A DNA stretch of 64,000 nt from Nannocystales bacterium (GCA_050633305.1 JBOEGF010000042.1:32001-96000), one strand, 5' to 3'; counted from the first letter of the stretch, positions 1-10,409 are shown. Numbers and translations are program-made. The notes: generated from the letters alone by a model not told the origin.

Positions 1-626
1 AGCAGGTCTCGGCGGTCGCGGGTGAGGATGGTGAACTTGTACAGCTCCTCCATCACGTCCACGACGCGGTCCCTGTACGGAGAGTCCTTCATGCGCCCGT
101 CGTCATGGAACTCCTGATACGCCTTCGCCACCGAAGACTGATTGGGAATGGTCACCATTCGCATCCAGCGTCCGAGCAGACGCAGCGTGTTGACGACGTT
201 GAACGACTGAGACCCCCCGCAGACCTGCATGACGGCCAGGGTTCGACCTTGCGTGGGGCGAACCGCGCCCATCGACAACGGGATCCAATCGACCTGGTTC
301 TTGAACACGCCGGTGACCGCGCCATGCATCTCGGGCGAGCACCAGACCTGGCCCTCGGACCACAGCGAGGCCTCGCGAAGCTCGACAACCTTGGGATGTT
401 CTTCGAGACCCGGTGCTTTGACGGGGAGCTCGCGCGGGTCGTAGATGCGCACTTCGCAACCGAGTCCTTCGAGAACTCGGCCCGCTTCCTCGGTGACCAA
501 CCGGCTGTACGAGCGCTCGCGAAGCGACCCGTAGAGCATCAAGATTTTCGGCGGGTCGCTGCGCAGCGTGATGCTGGGGATCTGCGGCGGACTCAGCGGA
601 GGAGGCGCACCATCGTGGTGACTCAT
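1..626 (-). CDS. arsH: Arsenical resistance protein ArsH (NADPH-dependent FMN reductase family), 3' end outside window
   Basis: Not in ORF track. Manual minus-strand translation from ATG 626 gives [16 protein letters not shown]...[58 protein letters not shown]...[14 protein letters not shown], the ArsH signature. ATGA overlap with the upstream stop. Confidence 0.95.
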   Translation of the reverse strand, partial: MSHHDGAPPPLSPPQIPSITLRSDPPKILMLYGSLRERSYSRLVTEEAGRVLEGLGCEVRIYDPRELPVKAPGLEEHPKVVELREASLWSEGQVWCSPEMHGAVTGVFKNQVDWIPLSMGAVRPTQGRTLAVMQVCGGSQSFNVVNTLRLLGRWMRMVTIPNQSSVAKAYQEFHDDGRMKDSPYRDRVVDVMEELYKFTILTRDRRDL

Positions 627-2842
627 GAGGACTTCTCGGCGCGGAGCGCTTCGATGACCCAGTTCACGTGCCGACCCTCGGCGATGGTGTGCCCGTGGGT
701 TCGGATGCACTCGGTCTCGAGCACCCAGATATGTGTGCCGACGTTGTTCTCGAACGTCGAGCCTTGCACGATCTTGCCGTCGGGCATCACTTGGCGTCCT
801 TCGATCCGGGTACGGCGAAGAACCTCGAGCGACGCGAGCCGCAGCAGCTCGTAGCGCTCCTGTGCTTGGTCGGGCGCAACCTCGACCGAGACGATGAGTT
901 TGCCAAACGTCGGGTCCTTGTTGACCAGCTTGTCGCCGACCTCAAACCCGGTATCGAAGCGGATTCCCACCGCAGTGACACCGCTGATGTCCGACGCAGC
1001 CAGCCCTTTGAGGACGGCGGCTTCCTCGGGGAGCTCGATCCGCTCGAAGATGCCAGCGTTGGGCACAAACAGGCCTCGTCCGCCATCTCGGGAGTCCTTG
1101 AGGTCGGCCCGGAACGCCTCGGCGTTGATCCGGTACTCGCGGGCCACACGAACGTTCTGCACCGCGGACTGCTCGAACGGGATCGGCGCTCCGCGAGCGA
1201 CGAGGAACTGCAGCTGGACCAAGTTCAGCGGAGCGTTCGAATCGCCGTCCTGGATGCGGTGCGCCTCTTCGGTGACCGGGTGCTCAACCTGGATCCGCGT
1301 GTTCATCTCGAGCAGGTAGAAGTGCCCGCCTTTGAACATGAGCTCGACCGTGCACGCGCCCACGTAGTCGACATTGTCCGCGATGCGAACCGCGATCTCG
1401 CACATGCGAGCCTCGAGTTCGGGGTCGTTGCGGAGAACAGCGGGCGGGGCTTCTTCTTGGATCTTCTGGCTGGCCCGCTGCTCGCTGCAGTCGCGCATGC
1501 CGAAGTGACGCGTGTTGCCAAAACGATCGCGGACGACCTGCACCTCGAGGTGCATGGTCCTGGGGATGTTCTGCTCGAACATCACGCCAGGATCCCAACC
1601 GTTCGTGCTGATCTCCCCGAGCACGCGCAGCACCGCTGAGGGGATCTCCGAGGGATTCTCCAGCACAACCTGGCCTCGACCCCCGCCCCCGTTTGCCGCC
1701 TTGAGTCGACCGGGGAACTCGAATGCCCCGGCGGCGTGCGATTCGATGATCTTGGCCGCGATTGCCTCAGGGTCGTCGTCATCGATCACAATGCCGGGCG
1801 TCACCGCCTTGGCGTCGATCGCCTGAGCCAGCTTTCGGAACTCCCGCTTGTCCCCTGCACGTTCGACGACATCCTGCATCGGACCGATGAACACGATCCC
1901 GCTGTTGCGGAAGCACTCGATGGCCGCGGTGTTCTCGGCCAACGGACCGTAGCCGGGGTAGAGCGCCGAGCGACTCAGATGCTCTTCGGCGTCCTCACCG
2001 AACCGATCCTCGTACGCTCGCTTGATGCGTTCGACCATCTGTTCGGGGTTGGCATAGGTTTCCCGGAAGGCACCGTCGAGCGGCACGGCAAAGCCACCGG
2101 CCTCGATTGCGATTCGCACTTGCAGCGCATCCGCATCATCCGTTGCGCTGTGAAGCACGACCGGGCATGCGCCGGCGGCAAGTGCCTCTCGGGTAGCCCG
2201 CACGCCCATCTCTCCCTTGTCGGCCACGATGATGTAGTCCATCCGCCCCTCGCCCACCGTCGTTGCGGGGTAGCGGTCGAGCTCTTGGGACAACAAGTAG
2301 ATGAGGTCGCAAGTACGCGGGTTGCTTGCGAACAACGCGTGCGCGTCCTGTTGCAACCGAGCCCGCAAGCTCTTGCGACACGACGGGTACAGGCTGAGCG
2401 CAACACACAGATCGATGGCATCCGTCGCGCCCTCTTCGAGGGTGGAGGCGTCCTGCGCGATCTCGCTGAGCGAGAGTTGGGCCAGGTCTGCTTCGACGAC
2501 GCTCTCCTCGGGCACGTGTTCGCGCGCCTGGGCGATCTGGTCCAGCAGCGTCCGGACGCGGGTGGGGGCGCCCTCATCCAACTCAGCCAGCCGTGTCTTC
2601 CAGGAAAAATGCTGGACCCACACCTGGGCGTTCTCGATGACGTAGCGAAGCGCCATCAGCCTCTGCCCCAGCGCGCCCAGAGGAAGCGAGTGAAGCGCTG
2701 CGATCCTCGCCCCACGCAGGCCGATCGCCGCCGCAAACGCTTGCGTGGACACGAGGTATCCGCGCCCGGGGTGCACGAGGCTTTGCATCGCTTGTGCGAC
2801 GTCGTCCGGGGTCGGGCGCTGTTTTCTTTCTGGAATGCTCAT
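623..2842 (-). CDS. Divergent biotin carboxylase-like ATP-grasp protein with ~200-aa N-terminal extension
   Basis: Motifs [65 protein letters not shown]. No biotinyl (AMKM) domain. Confidence 0.85.
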   Translation of the reverse strand: MSIPERKQRPTPDDVAQAMQSLVHPGRGYLVSTQAFAAAIGLRGARIAALHSLPLGALGQRLMALRYVIENAQVWVQHFSWKTRLAELDEGAPTRVRTLLDQIAQAREHVPEESVVEADLAQLSLSEIAQDASTLEEGATDAIDLCVALSLYPSCRKSLRARLQQDAHALFASNPRTCDLIYLLSQELDRYPATTVGEGRMDYIIVADKGEMGVRATREALAAGACPVVLHSATDDADALQVRIAIEAGGFAVPLDGAFRETYANPEQMVERIKRAYEDRFGEDAEEHLSRSALYPGYGPLAENTAAIECFRNSGIVFIGPMQDVVERAGDKREFRKLAQAIDAKAVTPGIVIDDDDPEAIAAKIIESHAAGAFEFPGRLKAANGGGGRGQVVLENPSEIPSAVLRVLGEISTNGWDPGVMFEQNIPRTMHLEVQVVRDRFGNTRHFGMRDCSEQRASQKIQEEAPPAVLRNDPELEARMCEIAVRIADNVDYVGACTVELMFKGGHFYLLEMNTRIQVEHPVTEEAHRIQDGDSNAPLNLVQLQFLVARGAPIPFEQSAVQNVRVAREYRINAEAFRADLKDSRDGGRGLFVPNAGIFERIELPEEAAVLKGLAASDISGVTAVGIRFDTGFEVGDKLVNKDPTFGKLIVSVEVAPDQAQERYELLRLASLEVLRRTRIEGRQVMPDGKIVQGSTFENNVGTHIWVLETECIRTHGHTIAEGRHVNWVIEALRAEKSS

Positions 2843-3125
2843 GAGCTCGAGCCTGCGGTGGGTCGAGGTCGAACCTGGTCTCCGAGCTCCCGACGCGGCG
2901 CATTAATGCAGGACCCTCGCGTCCGGTCAAATCCGTCCACAGTGGGCACTCTGGCCTCAGAGAGCGAGATCTGGCCGCACCGCCTCGAGGCCTTCCCCCA
3001 CGGCGCGGGACACCGGCCACGCCGTGAGCTTCATCCTCAGACATTTCTCCCCACGCCGGCTCATGCGAGCGGCCCGGTCCCGCGAAGGACGCAACCTCGG
3101 CCAGCGCCCCACGTCTACCCTGTTG

Positions 3126-3593
3126 ATGGTCCTGCGCGCCGCTGCGTTCGTGTCGACGTTGCTCCTGTGTGCCACCGGCGTCGGCTGCGACCGGCGTCCC
3201 CGCGTGAAGGACGACGCCGCCGAGACAAATGCTTCGCCTGACTCCAAGCCTGACTCCAAGGAGCAGAAGAAGAAGTCTCCGCTCGCGCGGTTCCAAGGCA
3301 AGTGGACTGGCACGCAAGACGGGGTGCGGACCTCGTTGGACCTGGCCCCTACGACGCTGACCCTCTCAGGCGAGTGGGGCAGCATGGGTCCGCTACGTCA
3401 TTCGGTCACTCGCAGCAGCCAGGACCGGCTCAGCCTTGATGTTGACCTCCCCGGGGAGGGAGCTGCCCCAATGAAGTTCAAGCTCTCCGAAGACGGTGAA
3501 GTCCTGACCATGTGGGAGGACCCCGACGACGACCCGATACGGCTACGTCGTCGCAAAACCAAGTCGCGCCTGTCCCGCAAAGACAGAGAGTAG
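3126..3593 (+). CDS. Hypothetical lipoprotein
   Basis: Hydrophobic signal ending GVGC, then a beta-rich domain (FQGKWTG...). Start uncertain (ORF open from 3024). Confidence 0.65.
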   Translation: MVLRAAAFVSTLLLCATGVGCDRRPRVKDDAAETNASPDSKPDSKEQKKKSPLARFQGKWTGTQDGVRTSLDLAPTTLTLSGEWGSMGPLRHSVTRSSQDRLSLDVDLPGEGAAPMKFKLSEDGEVLTMWEDPDDDPIRLRRRKTKSRLSRKDRE

Positions 3594-3627
3594 ACGCGAG
3601 GCTAGCGGAGTCCTGGGCAGGTCCGCG

Positions 3628-4596
3628 CTACCACGGGACCACGTCCACCGCGGTGAGCGTGTCCGAGTTGAAGCTGGTCCTGAGCGAGCCAACCGCAGCG
3701 TCGACGCAGTACCATCCGCCGCTTCCCATCCCGTTGTCCCACTCGATCCGCAGACAATCGTGAGCAAGGCCAAGGACGGTCTCTGAGTCCTCCGCGACCA
3801 CCTCGATGTCATGAGCCGCCGATGACGTGAATGTGCCTTGGGAACTGGTTGTGGTCATGTTGCTCGCCGCGGTCCATTGGCTGCCCACCTCGATGCCCCA
3901 AGGGGTGACCAGCCACGGGGGACTGTAGTCGGTGTTGTTCCACGTCTCGAAGGGCTGACCGTTGATCGTACCGGCCGTCTCGCTCTCCAGTCGCAGCAAC
4001 GCCGCGCCGTCCTCGTCGCAGACGTAGGTGTACGTCAGAGCCGTGGTGTAGCTACCCGTCTCCACGACCGTCGGTTGGGTCAGCAGGAGAGTGACGGTCG
4101 TCGGATTTCCAGCGGAGACCGAGATCACCTCTCGGTGCCACGTGTACGAAGCGTTGTTGGCGGCTTCGTAGGCGGGGGTCGAGGCGGCCTCCCAGGTGCT
4201 CCCGACGTCGGCCAGGCCGCTGTACGGAGGGCAAGGTCCGTCCCAAACGGGTTCTCCCCCCGAGGATGAGCTGCTGTCGTCGTCGCCTGTTTCTGCGGTG
4301 GTGCTTGCCGTGGTGCTGCTGCTGGAGCTGGTGCCGTCGTCGTCGGAGCTTCCGGGGGTCGTGCTGCCGTCGCCTCCGGTGGTGTCATCGGGGGCGGTCG
4401 AGGTCGAGCTGTCTGGCACGCCTCCGCTGCTGCCCCCAACGGTTCCTGCCTCGCCGGGCTCGCTGTCCGAGGACCCTGTCGACCCCGAGGACTCGGTATC
4501 CGAGGCTCCGACGCTTCCAGCCTCGCTCCCTGCGGTGCCAGTGCAGGCCACAGGCACGATGGTCAGAGCGATAGCGAGCAGAGTGGGCTTGTTCAT
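3628..4596 (-). CDS. Lipoprotein with Ser/Thr/Gly/Asp-rich linker and C-terminal beta-rich domain
   Basis: MNKPTLLAIALTIVPVAC lipobox, low-complexity linker, Cys-containing globular C-terminus. Confidence 0.8.
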   Translation of the reverse strand: MNKPTLLAIALTIVPVACTGTAGSEAGSVGASDTESSGSTGSSDSEPGEAGTVGGSSGGVPDSSTSTAPDDTTGGDGSTTPGSSDDDGTSSSSSTTASTTAETGDDDSSSSSGGEPVWDGPCPPYSGLADVGSTWEAASTPAYEAANNASYTWHREVISVSAGNPTTVTLLLTQPTVVETGSYTTALTYTYVCDEDGAALLRLESETAGTINGQPFETWNNTDYSPPWLVTPWGIEVGSQWTAASNMTTTSSQGTFTSSAAHDIEVVAEDSETVLGLAHDCLRIEWDNGMGSGGWYCVDAAVGSLRTSFNSDTLTAVDVVPW

Positions 4597-4656
4597 GAGT
4601 TCCAGACGCGCCCTTTGAGGCTCGGGGCGCAGCGCGGTTGAGTGCGGGTTCGCACG

Positions 4657-7353
4657 TCACTGTTGCGCGCGGGTCCAGATCTCCCGGGCCTCTTCCCTCT
4701 GGGCTTGGGCGATGGTCCGCAGCCCCAACGACTTGGCGATGACTTCGTCGGTCGCAGCAAGGGTGGACTGCATGCGCGGGGCGACCAGAGAGTGCGTCGC
4801 ATCGCCCGTGTACCCACGCGGCGCATTCGGAAGCACGTACTGCAGGACCACGTGCGTCTCATCGACAGCCTTCCCGGCGTTGTCGAACTGCTCCTTCACC
4901 ACGAGGGCGTTGGTACCCTGGCCGTCGTCGAAGTACTCGATCTTCAGCACCGGCTTGCCCGACTCATCCTTGTACGTGTGGATCGTCGAGTCGAACTGGC
5001 CGTCGTTGTGCTCCACTTTGGTCGACACCCGCGTCTTGTGGCGCTGCATGAGCGCGTGCATGTCTCCGACCTGTTCTTTGACGGCGCGTGCGAAGTCCCG
5101 GGCCCGATACGCGTCCCCTTCGCCCGGGGCCTTCGCAAACGAATGACCGACCCGCGGGTCTTGGACTGCGGTCCGTCCACCCTGGGCCACCGCGTGGTTT
5201 GCCCTGCGAGCCTCCAAGTTGAAGGACCCGGCCTGCTTCAGGTAGGCATACATCTCATCGATCTGGAACTGGTCTCGGTAGTCGCTAGAGACCATGCTCA
5301 TCTCGGACTTCTGCCCAAAGAAGAGCTTGCCGTGGAACGGATAGCTCGCGTCCCCAAGCCTCATCATGGTCCGGCCGTGTCGAAGCTCGTGGAAGAACGG
5401 CGACATGACCCCGCGATGCCCGAACGCCATCATGGGGTGCCCAATTCGCATCGCATTGATGTCGGCATCGAACAGTCCGGCACCGCCGTCTCGCCGTAGT
5501 CCGACCGGGTCATAGATGTAGCGGACATCGCTGCCCATCGTGGGCCCGGCGCGGCGCATCATGGTTCCCATCCGACCCGGCGCCTCGAGGAGCTCGAGGG
5601 CCATGTGGGAGCCGCCACTCTCGTTGTCGACCGTGATCGGGCGGGCCCGGTAGCCCAGCTTCTCGAGTTGCGCCTGGACCTGGGGCATCAACTCCTTGGA
5701 CAACACAGAGAGTTCTTCGGGGCTCTTTGCCGCCAAGGCATCTGCGTTGCCAAGGTAGGGTTTCTCGATGTCCGCGACCCGGTCGAACGAAGGCGCATCG
5801 TCGGTTTGAACCCGAGGCGCGGTGTCGTTGGCCACCTGCCTGCGAGAAGACACGGGGGGTTCGGCAGCGACGGTGGCGGCAGGAGATCCGTCCGCGGTGC
5901 GCACGATCGCGACATCGTCGATCTTGTAGTTCACCTGGCCGTGCGGGGTCGAGATGCGCACGTTGTTGCCGTTGACGGACACGACCTCGCCCATCATCTC
6001 GCCGCCGGCTTCGGCGTCCTTGGTGCTCAAGGTGACGCGCGCGCCCGGCTTGAGTTCACCGTGGCGTCGACTCAACCCGATCATCAGCCGGTTTCCCGCG
6101 CGGCTCAGCCCACTTCCCGCGGCAGCTCCCGCGCCGCCCGCGACCGTGCCAATCACCGTCGCCTTGAGCAGGACCGCGGCCACATCGGGGGAGTCCCAGA
6201 CGTTGGGGTTGGTCGCAGTGCCGAGCCCTGTCCCGGCGCCGGAGATCGCCATGGTCCGAAACGCCTGCGCGACCTTGCCCACGTTGCCCGCTCCTCCAAA
6301 GCGCCCCAGCAGACCGCCCGTGGCGACGTCGACCAGCAACATGCCCCACGCGCCTTGCACCTCGCCCTCCAAGAACGCGAGACGCTGCTCGCTGACGGCT
6401 CCGACACGATGCCCGTCACGCGCCAACGCAAGATCACTCGATGCATTCGCCACATGCACGCCTCCCTGCGCGAGGCCGAGGGTGGCCCCCGCTGCCATGC
6501 CGACCAATGGACCCGCCACGCCCACGGTCACAACCGTCAGCACCACGCCCGCAGCGATGAGCGCGACCGCAGAGACGATCGCCCACGTCGCTTCATCGCT
6601 GAGGTGCTCCTCGACGTTGTTGGCAAACTCGGCGGTGTCCCCCTCGAACGCCCCGGACGTGGGGCGCGGTGGGAAGCCGGCAACCCCGGTCAGCCCGGCA
6701 CGCTGGTAGACACCATCGGCGAGGTCGGGGAACATCTCGAGGAGTTCCACCGTCTGCTCAACCCCAAGGTCGGCATAGCGTGCGTTCTGGGCTCGGCGCG
6801 CCGACGCGGTGTTGTTCCGCCCCGACAGCTTCCGTCTCGGGCCATCAGCGGCGTAGGGTTCGTTGACCGTGGTGCGAAGCTCGGTGAGTCGCTCATGCAA
6901 GTCTGTCGCGCGTCGATGACCCCCTCGCAGCGCGATGAACATGCGCGCGGCGGGGGTGTTGATGGACGTACGCGTGGCGCGTGCGCCCCAGGTCTTCCCG
7001 GTCTGCAACATCTGCTCCCGCGGGATGCCGACCATCGTCTTCGCGCCTTCCTCTGCGGCCTCCTTGGGGATTCCAAGGGAGAACAGAAAGTTGGCGATCA
7101 ACCCCTCGCGCACCCGCGGGGTCACGGACACCCGCAGCGAGGTGAACTGCGGTGCCCCAGGAGGATCGTGGGCGAAGCCGGCGATGACCTGGCGCGCCTT
7201 CGGCTCGAAGACCTCCAACGAGCCTCTCGGTCCACAGCCGAGCTCCTCGAGCGTACTCAGCAGCGGAGTCAGCAGTCCCCCGATCGTCCGCTGCGCCTCT
7301 TGGTATACGCGTCGAAACAACGCCGTTCGAGTTGCTAGAGTGCTCTGCGCCAT
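4657..7353 (-). CDS. Large toxin-like protein: Gly/Ala-rich hydrophobic helices plus C-terminal HExxH metallopeptidase-like domain
   Basis: 898 aa; GGAG RBS before ATG; hydrophobic segment WAIVSAVALIAAGVVLTVVTVGVAGPLVG; FFHELRHG followed by IDEMYAY. Confidence 0.7.
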   Translation of the reverse strand: MAQSTLATRTALFRRVYQEAQRTIGGLLTPLLSTLEELGCGPRGSLEVFEPKARQVIAGFAHDPPGAPQFTSLRVSVTPRVREGLIANFLFSLGIPKEAAEEGAKTMVGIPREQMLQTGKTWGARATRTSINTPAARMFIALRGGHRRATDLHERLTELRTTVNEPYAADGPRRKLSGRNNTASARRAQNARYADLGVEQTVELLEMFPDLADGVYQRAGLTGVAGFPPRPTSGAFEGDTAEFANNVEEHLSDEATWAIVSAVALIAAGVVLTVVTVGVAGPLVGMAAGATLGLAQGGVHVANASSDLALARDGHRVGAVSEQRLAFLEGEVQGAWGMLLVDVATGGLLGRFGGAGNVGKVAQAFRTMAISGAGTGLGTATNPNVWDSPDVAAVLLKATVIGTVAGGAGAAAGSGLSRAGNRLMIGLSRRHGELKPGARVTLSTKDAEAGGEMMGEVVSVNGNNVRISTPHGQVNYKIDDVAIVRTADGSPAATVAAEPPVSSRRQVANDTAPRVQTDDAPSFDRVADIEKPYLGNADALAAKSPEELSVLSKELMPQVQAQLEKLGYRARPITVDNESGGSHMALELLEAPGRMGTMMRRAGPTMGSDVRYIYDPVGLRRDGGAGLFDADINAMRIGHPMMAFGHRGVMSPFFHELRHGRTMMRLGDASYPFHGKLFFGQKSEMSMVSSDYRDQFQIDEMYAYLKQAGSFNLEARRANHAVAQGGRTAVQDPRVGHSFAKAPGEGDAYRARDFARAVKEQVGDMHALMQRHKTRVSTKVEHNDGQFDSTIHTYKDESGKPVLKIEYFDDGQGTNALVVKEQFDNAGKAVDETHVVLQYVLPNAPRGYTGDATHSLVAPRMQSTLAATDEVIAKSLGLRTIAQAQREEAREIWTRAQQ

Positions 7354-7676
7354 TGTTCGCTCCGATCCAGGAGGCTCGCCCCACCGGGTGCGTCCTCTGC
7401 GGACATGTCATGACGTGTGGGTTCGCGAGATATTCGAGGTTGCTTGCACTCCGCGAGATCACTCTCGCCGTTCCGCTCCAAAACCTCGTGATTCACGTGG
7501 TCATCGAAGGTCGGGTTCGGCATCTGCTCGCCTGCGGTGGCCAGGTTGACGGAAGGGACAGCCCGCGCGCCGCATGTGCCAGGGACACCCCCATAACCGA
7601 TTAAATTCATCACAATCCTAACTCGAGAAACGAAAACGGGAGACGGAAGTCTGCCACTGCCTGCATTCACGATCCG

Positions 7677-8831
7677 ATGGTACGCGCTCGTCTAACATTA
7701 GTAGTCACATTGGCCTCCGTGTTTTTGCCCATGGCGGCGTGCGGGGACGACCTTGTCTCGACTGCGGGAGGTGGTTCGGACACCGATAGCGGCGCCACAC
7801 CGGTCGGACCGGGCGGGTCGGCGACGACCACCGGAGACGTCACCACCAGTGGCGGGAGCGGGACCGCTGCCGACACGGGGAGCTCGGGCGACATCGACGA
7901 TCCCTCGTTCATCTTCGATGTTCTGTACGTGCCCGACGTCGGAGCGGGAACGATCTGCAATCAGTTCCCCATCGAAGCTGGAACCCGAAAGGTCCCAACC
8001 GATTTGGTCATCGCGGTGGATGGCTCGGGCAGCATGGTGGAAGAGGCGGCGGGTGTGGAGGCCGAACTCAACCAAGCCGTCGCCCGAATCGTTCGGGAGG
8101 GCGTCGATGTTCGCGTCGTGTTGCTCGCCCGCTCCGAGGGCTCCACACAGATCTGCATCGATGCTCCGGTGGGCAGCGGATTGTGCCCGGGCGACAGCAA
8201 TGAGCCCGGCTTCCGCCACATCGATGCCGACATCGGGAGTTGGGAGCCGTTGCGCGCGATCGTCGACTACTACCCTCAGTACGCCGACCTTCTTCGCCCA
8301 CAGGCGCGACTTCAGCTCGTCGTCGTGAGCGACGACAACTCGTTCGACATGAGCGCCGGCGACTTCGAAGCCGACTTCGAGATGCTCCACCCATGGAACG
8401 AGAGCTTCGTCTTCCATGCACTGGCCACCCAGAGCAGCTGCCCCGCGGGCGTGAGCCCCGGGACCGAGTACGAGACCCTCGTTCGACGAACCGGTGGCTG
8501 GATGGGGGACCTCTGCAGCCAGGACTTCGAGGGGCTGTTCGACGGACTCGCCGGTGGTGCCATCGAGGCATCCGAGGACTGCGTCTACCCCCTGGGCAGG
8601 ATCGCGGAATGGCCCGACAATGCGGACGCAGCCTCGATGGCGCTCGACGGGATGCCTCTCGCCGCGCTGGATGCTGTGGAAGACTGCGGGGTCGGCGGGC
8701 AGGGCTGGTTCCTCGACGACCCCGACGCACCAACCGCGATCCGGCTGTGCCCCTCGAGCTGCGAGCTTGTTCGCGCGAGCGAGCAGCCAGCGCTCAACGT
8801 CGATGTCACCTGCGACTTCAACGCGGGCTGA
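7677..8831 (+). CDS. vWA-domain lipoprotein (myxobacterial type)
   Basis: Lipobox MAAC, S/T/G linker, MIDAS DGSGS, VVSDD, Cys-rich C-terminus (IRLCPSSC). Confidence 0.85.
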   Translation: MVRARLTLVVTLASVFLPMAACGDDLVSTAGGGSDTDSGATPVGPGGSATTTGDVTTSGGSGTAADTGSSGDIDDPSFIFDVLYVPDVGAGTICNQFPIEAGTRKVPTDLVIAVDGSGSMVEEAAGVEAELNQAVARIVREGVDVRVVLLARSEGSTQICIDAPVGSGLCPGDSNEPGFRHIDADIGSWEPLRAIVDYYPQYADLLRPQARLQLVVVSDDNSFDMSAGDFEADFEMLHPWNESFVFHALATQSSCPAGVSPGTEYETLVRRTGGWMGDLCSQDFEGLFDGLAGGAIEASEDCVYPLGRIAEWPDNADAASMALDGMPLAALDAVEDCGVGGQGWFLDDPDAPTAIRLCPSSCELVRASEQPALNVDVTCDFNAG

Positions 8832-8901
8832 ATCGGCGGCTGACGGCCCCATGAGCTATGCTCCGTGCCGTTCCAGACGCGCCGAAACCGCGTGAGCCGT
8901 C

Positions 8902-9387
8902 ATGACCAACAACGACATCCTCCGCCGCATTCGCTACGTCTTCGATTTTGGCGACGACAAGATGATCGCGTTGTTCGCCCTGGCCGACAAGGAAGTCACG
9001 CGGGCCGAGGTCAGCGACTGGCTCAAACGCGACGACGACCCCGCGTACCGCAACTGTGGCGACAAAGCGCTGGCGTACTTTCTCAACGGGTTGATCGTCG
9101 ACAAACGCGGCCGCCGTGATGGCCCGCCGCCGCCCGTCGAGTCGCGGCTGAACAACAACCTCATCTTGAAGAAGCTGAAGATCGCGATGGCGTTCTCCAG
9201 CGACCAGATGCTCGAGGTCCTCCGCCTCGCGGGCAATGAGCTCAGCGAGCACGAACTCAGCGCGTTGTTCCGCAAGCCGGAGCACAAGCACCACCGCAAG
9301 TGCATGGACCAGGTCTTGCGCAACTTCCTCACCGGGCTGCGTATTCAGCTGCGCCCCCAAGCGCCCAAGCACGAACCTTCGTACTAA
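8902..9387 (+). CDS. DUF1456 (YehS-like) family protein
   Basis: MTNNDILRRIRY...FLNGLI.KRG...LNNNLILKKLKIA...ELSALFRK...C.DQVLRNFL.GL duplicated module typical of DUF1456. Confidence 0.9.
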   Translation: MTNNDILRRIRYVFDFGDDKMIALFALADKEVTRAEVSDWLKRDDDPAYRNCGDKALAYFLNGLIVDKRGRRDGPPPPVESRLNNNLILKKLKIAMAFSSDQMLEVLRLAGNELSEHELSALFRKPEHKHHRKCMDQVLRNFLTGLRIQLRPQAPKHEPSY

Positions 9388-9411
9388 CGAGTGCGCATCT
9401 TGGTGAGCGAA

Positions 9412-9454
9412 GGGAGCTCGGCTCCCGCAACAAGGGAAGCAGAGAGGTTCCCTT
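9412..9454. terminator. Tandem hairpins between convergent genes (possible bidirectional terminator)
   Basis: GGGAGC-tcg-GCTCCC (9412-9426) and AAGGGAA-N9-TTCCCTT (9432-9454). Confidence 0.35.
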
Positions 9455-9466
9455 TGGGGACTCCCC

Positions 9467-10375
9467 TCAACCCTTGAGGCCTTCCAGCAGGAGGTCGAAC
9501 ACCACCCGCATGCGACGGCTTGTGCTGAGCTCACGGTGTGTCGTCAGCCATGTCGCCAGCGGGAACGGCGGAAAGTCTGGCAGGGCCCGACGAACCATCG
9601 GCTCTGCATCCCCGATCTCTTCGACCATGATGCAGATGCCCGCTCCACGTTTTGTGAGCTCCCACTGCACCAGCTGGTTACCCGTGACGATCGGGAAGTT
9701 CTCCGGTGTGAGTGACAGACCGAGGCCGCCCAGCCCCGTGATCATCGCGCGCATTGCATCGCCGCGATCGAACCCAAGGAACTGTCCGCGCGAGAGTTGC
9801 TCCGCCGTGCTCGGATTTCCGATCTTCTCGAGGTAGTCGGGAGAAGCGTACAAACGGGCAGCGCCGTCCTTCACCTTGCGGGCGAGGAGGTCGGGCTGCT
9901 GGGGCCGAAAACTCCGGATGGCGATGTCGGCTTCCCGACGTGCGAGGTCGCTGGTGTCGTTGGTCGCGACGATCTCGACCTCGATGCCAGGGTGGACCGT
10001 CCGCAGGTGCGCAATGATCGGCGGCAACGTGAACATCGCGGTGACTTGGCTGGCCGAGATGACGACGAGGCCGTCCAGCGACAGCGACTGACCCGCGGCG
10101 GTGAGTGCCAGACGAGTGGCGGCCTCGCCCATGCTGCGGGCGTGCTCGAGCAAGCTCTGCCCGGTCCCCGTCAGCGCGAGGCCGTGCCCCACCCGCTCGA
10201 ACAACATGACATCGAGCTCCTCCTCCAGCGCAGCGACCTGACGTCCGACCGTGGGCTGAGCCATGCCGAGCGCCCGAGCTGCCGCGGAAAACGAGCCCTC
10301 CTCCGCGGTCACCAGAAACGCACGGACCCGGGTCCATTCGAATGCCACCGAGGCCCAGTCCATGCAGATCCGCAT
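9467..10375 (-). CDS. LysR family transcriptional regulator
   Basis: N-terminal HTH (AEEGSFSAAARALGMAQPTVGRQVAALEEEL) and LysR substrate domain; divergent from the dehydrogenase gene. Confidence 0.93.
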   Translation of the reverse strand: MRICMDWASVAFEWTRVRAFLVTAEEGSFSAAARALGMAQPTVGRQVAALEEELDVMLFERVGHGLALTGTGQSLLEHARSMGEAATRLALTAAGQSLSLDGLVVISASQVTAMFTLPPIIAHLRTVHPGIEVEIVATNDTSDLARREADIAIRSFRPQQPDLLARKVKDGAARLYASPDYLEKIGNPSTAEQLSRGQFLGFDRGDAMRAMITGLGGLGLSLTPENFPIVTGNQLVQWELTKRGAGICIMVEEIGDAEPMVRRALPDFPPFPLATWLTTHRELSTSRRMRVVFDLLLEGLKG

Positions 10376-10409
10376 ACCACATGTCCGATTTCCGGGGATT
10401 TTCAGAACG

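Noticed and set aside
105..854. 249-aa plus-strand ORF and many other long antisense or alternative-frame ORFs (e.g. 1736-3241, 5605-7338, 17323-18900, 31476-33218, 33113-34819)
   Set aside because: Shadow ORFs of well-supported genes on the opposite strand; expected at this GC content and lacking motifs.
7335..7670. 111-aa ORF overlapping the start of the 898-aa gene (possible frameshifted N-terminus)
   Set aside because: The main ORF has its own GGAG RBS and ATG; no slippery site or recognisable motif; cannot be supported.
10362..10375. ATGC-N6-GCAT palindrome as a LysR box
   Set aside because: Spacing does not fit T-N11-A and it overlaps candidate start codons; too weak.
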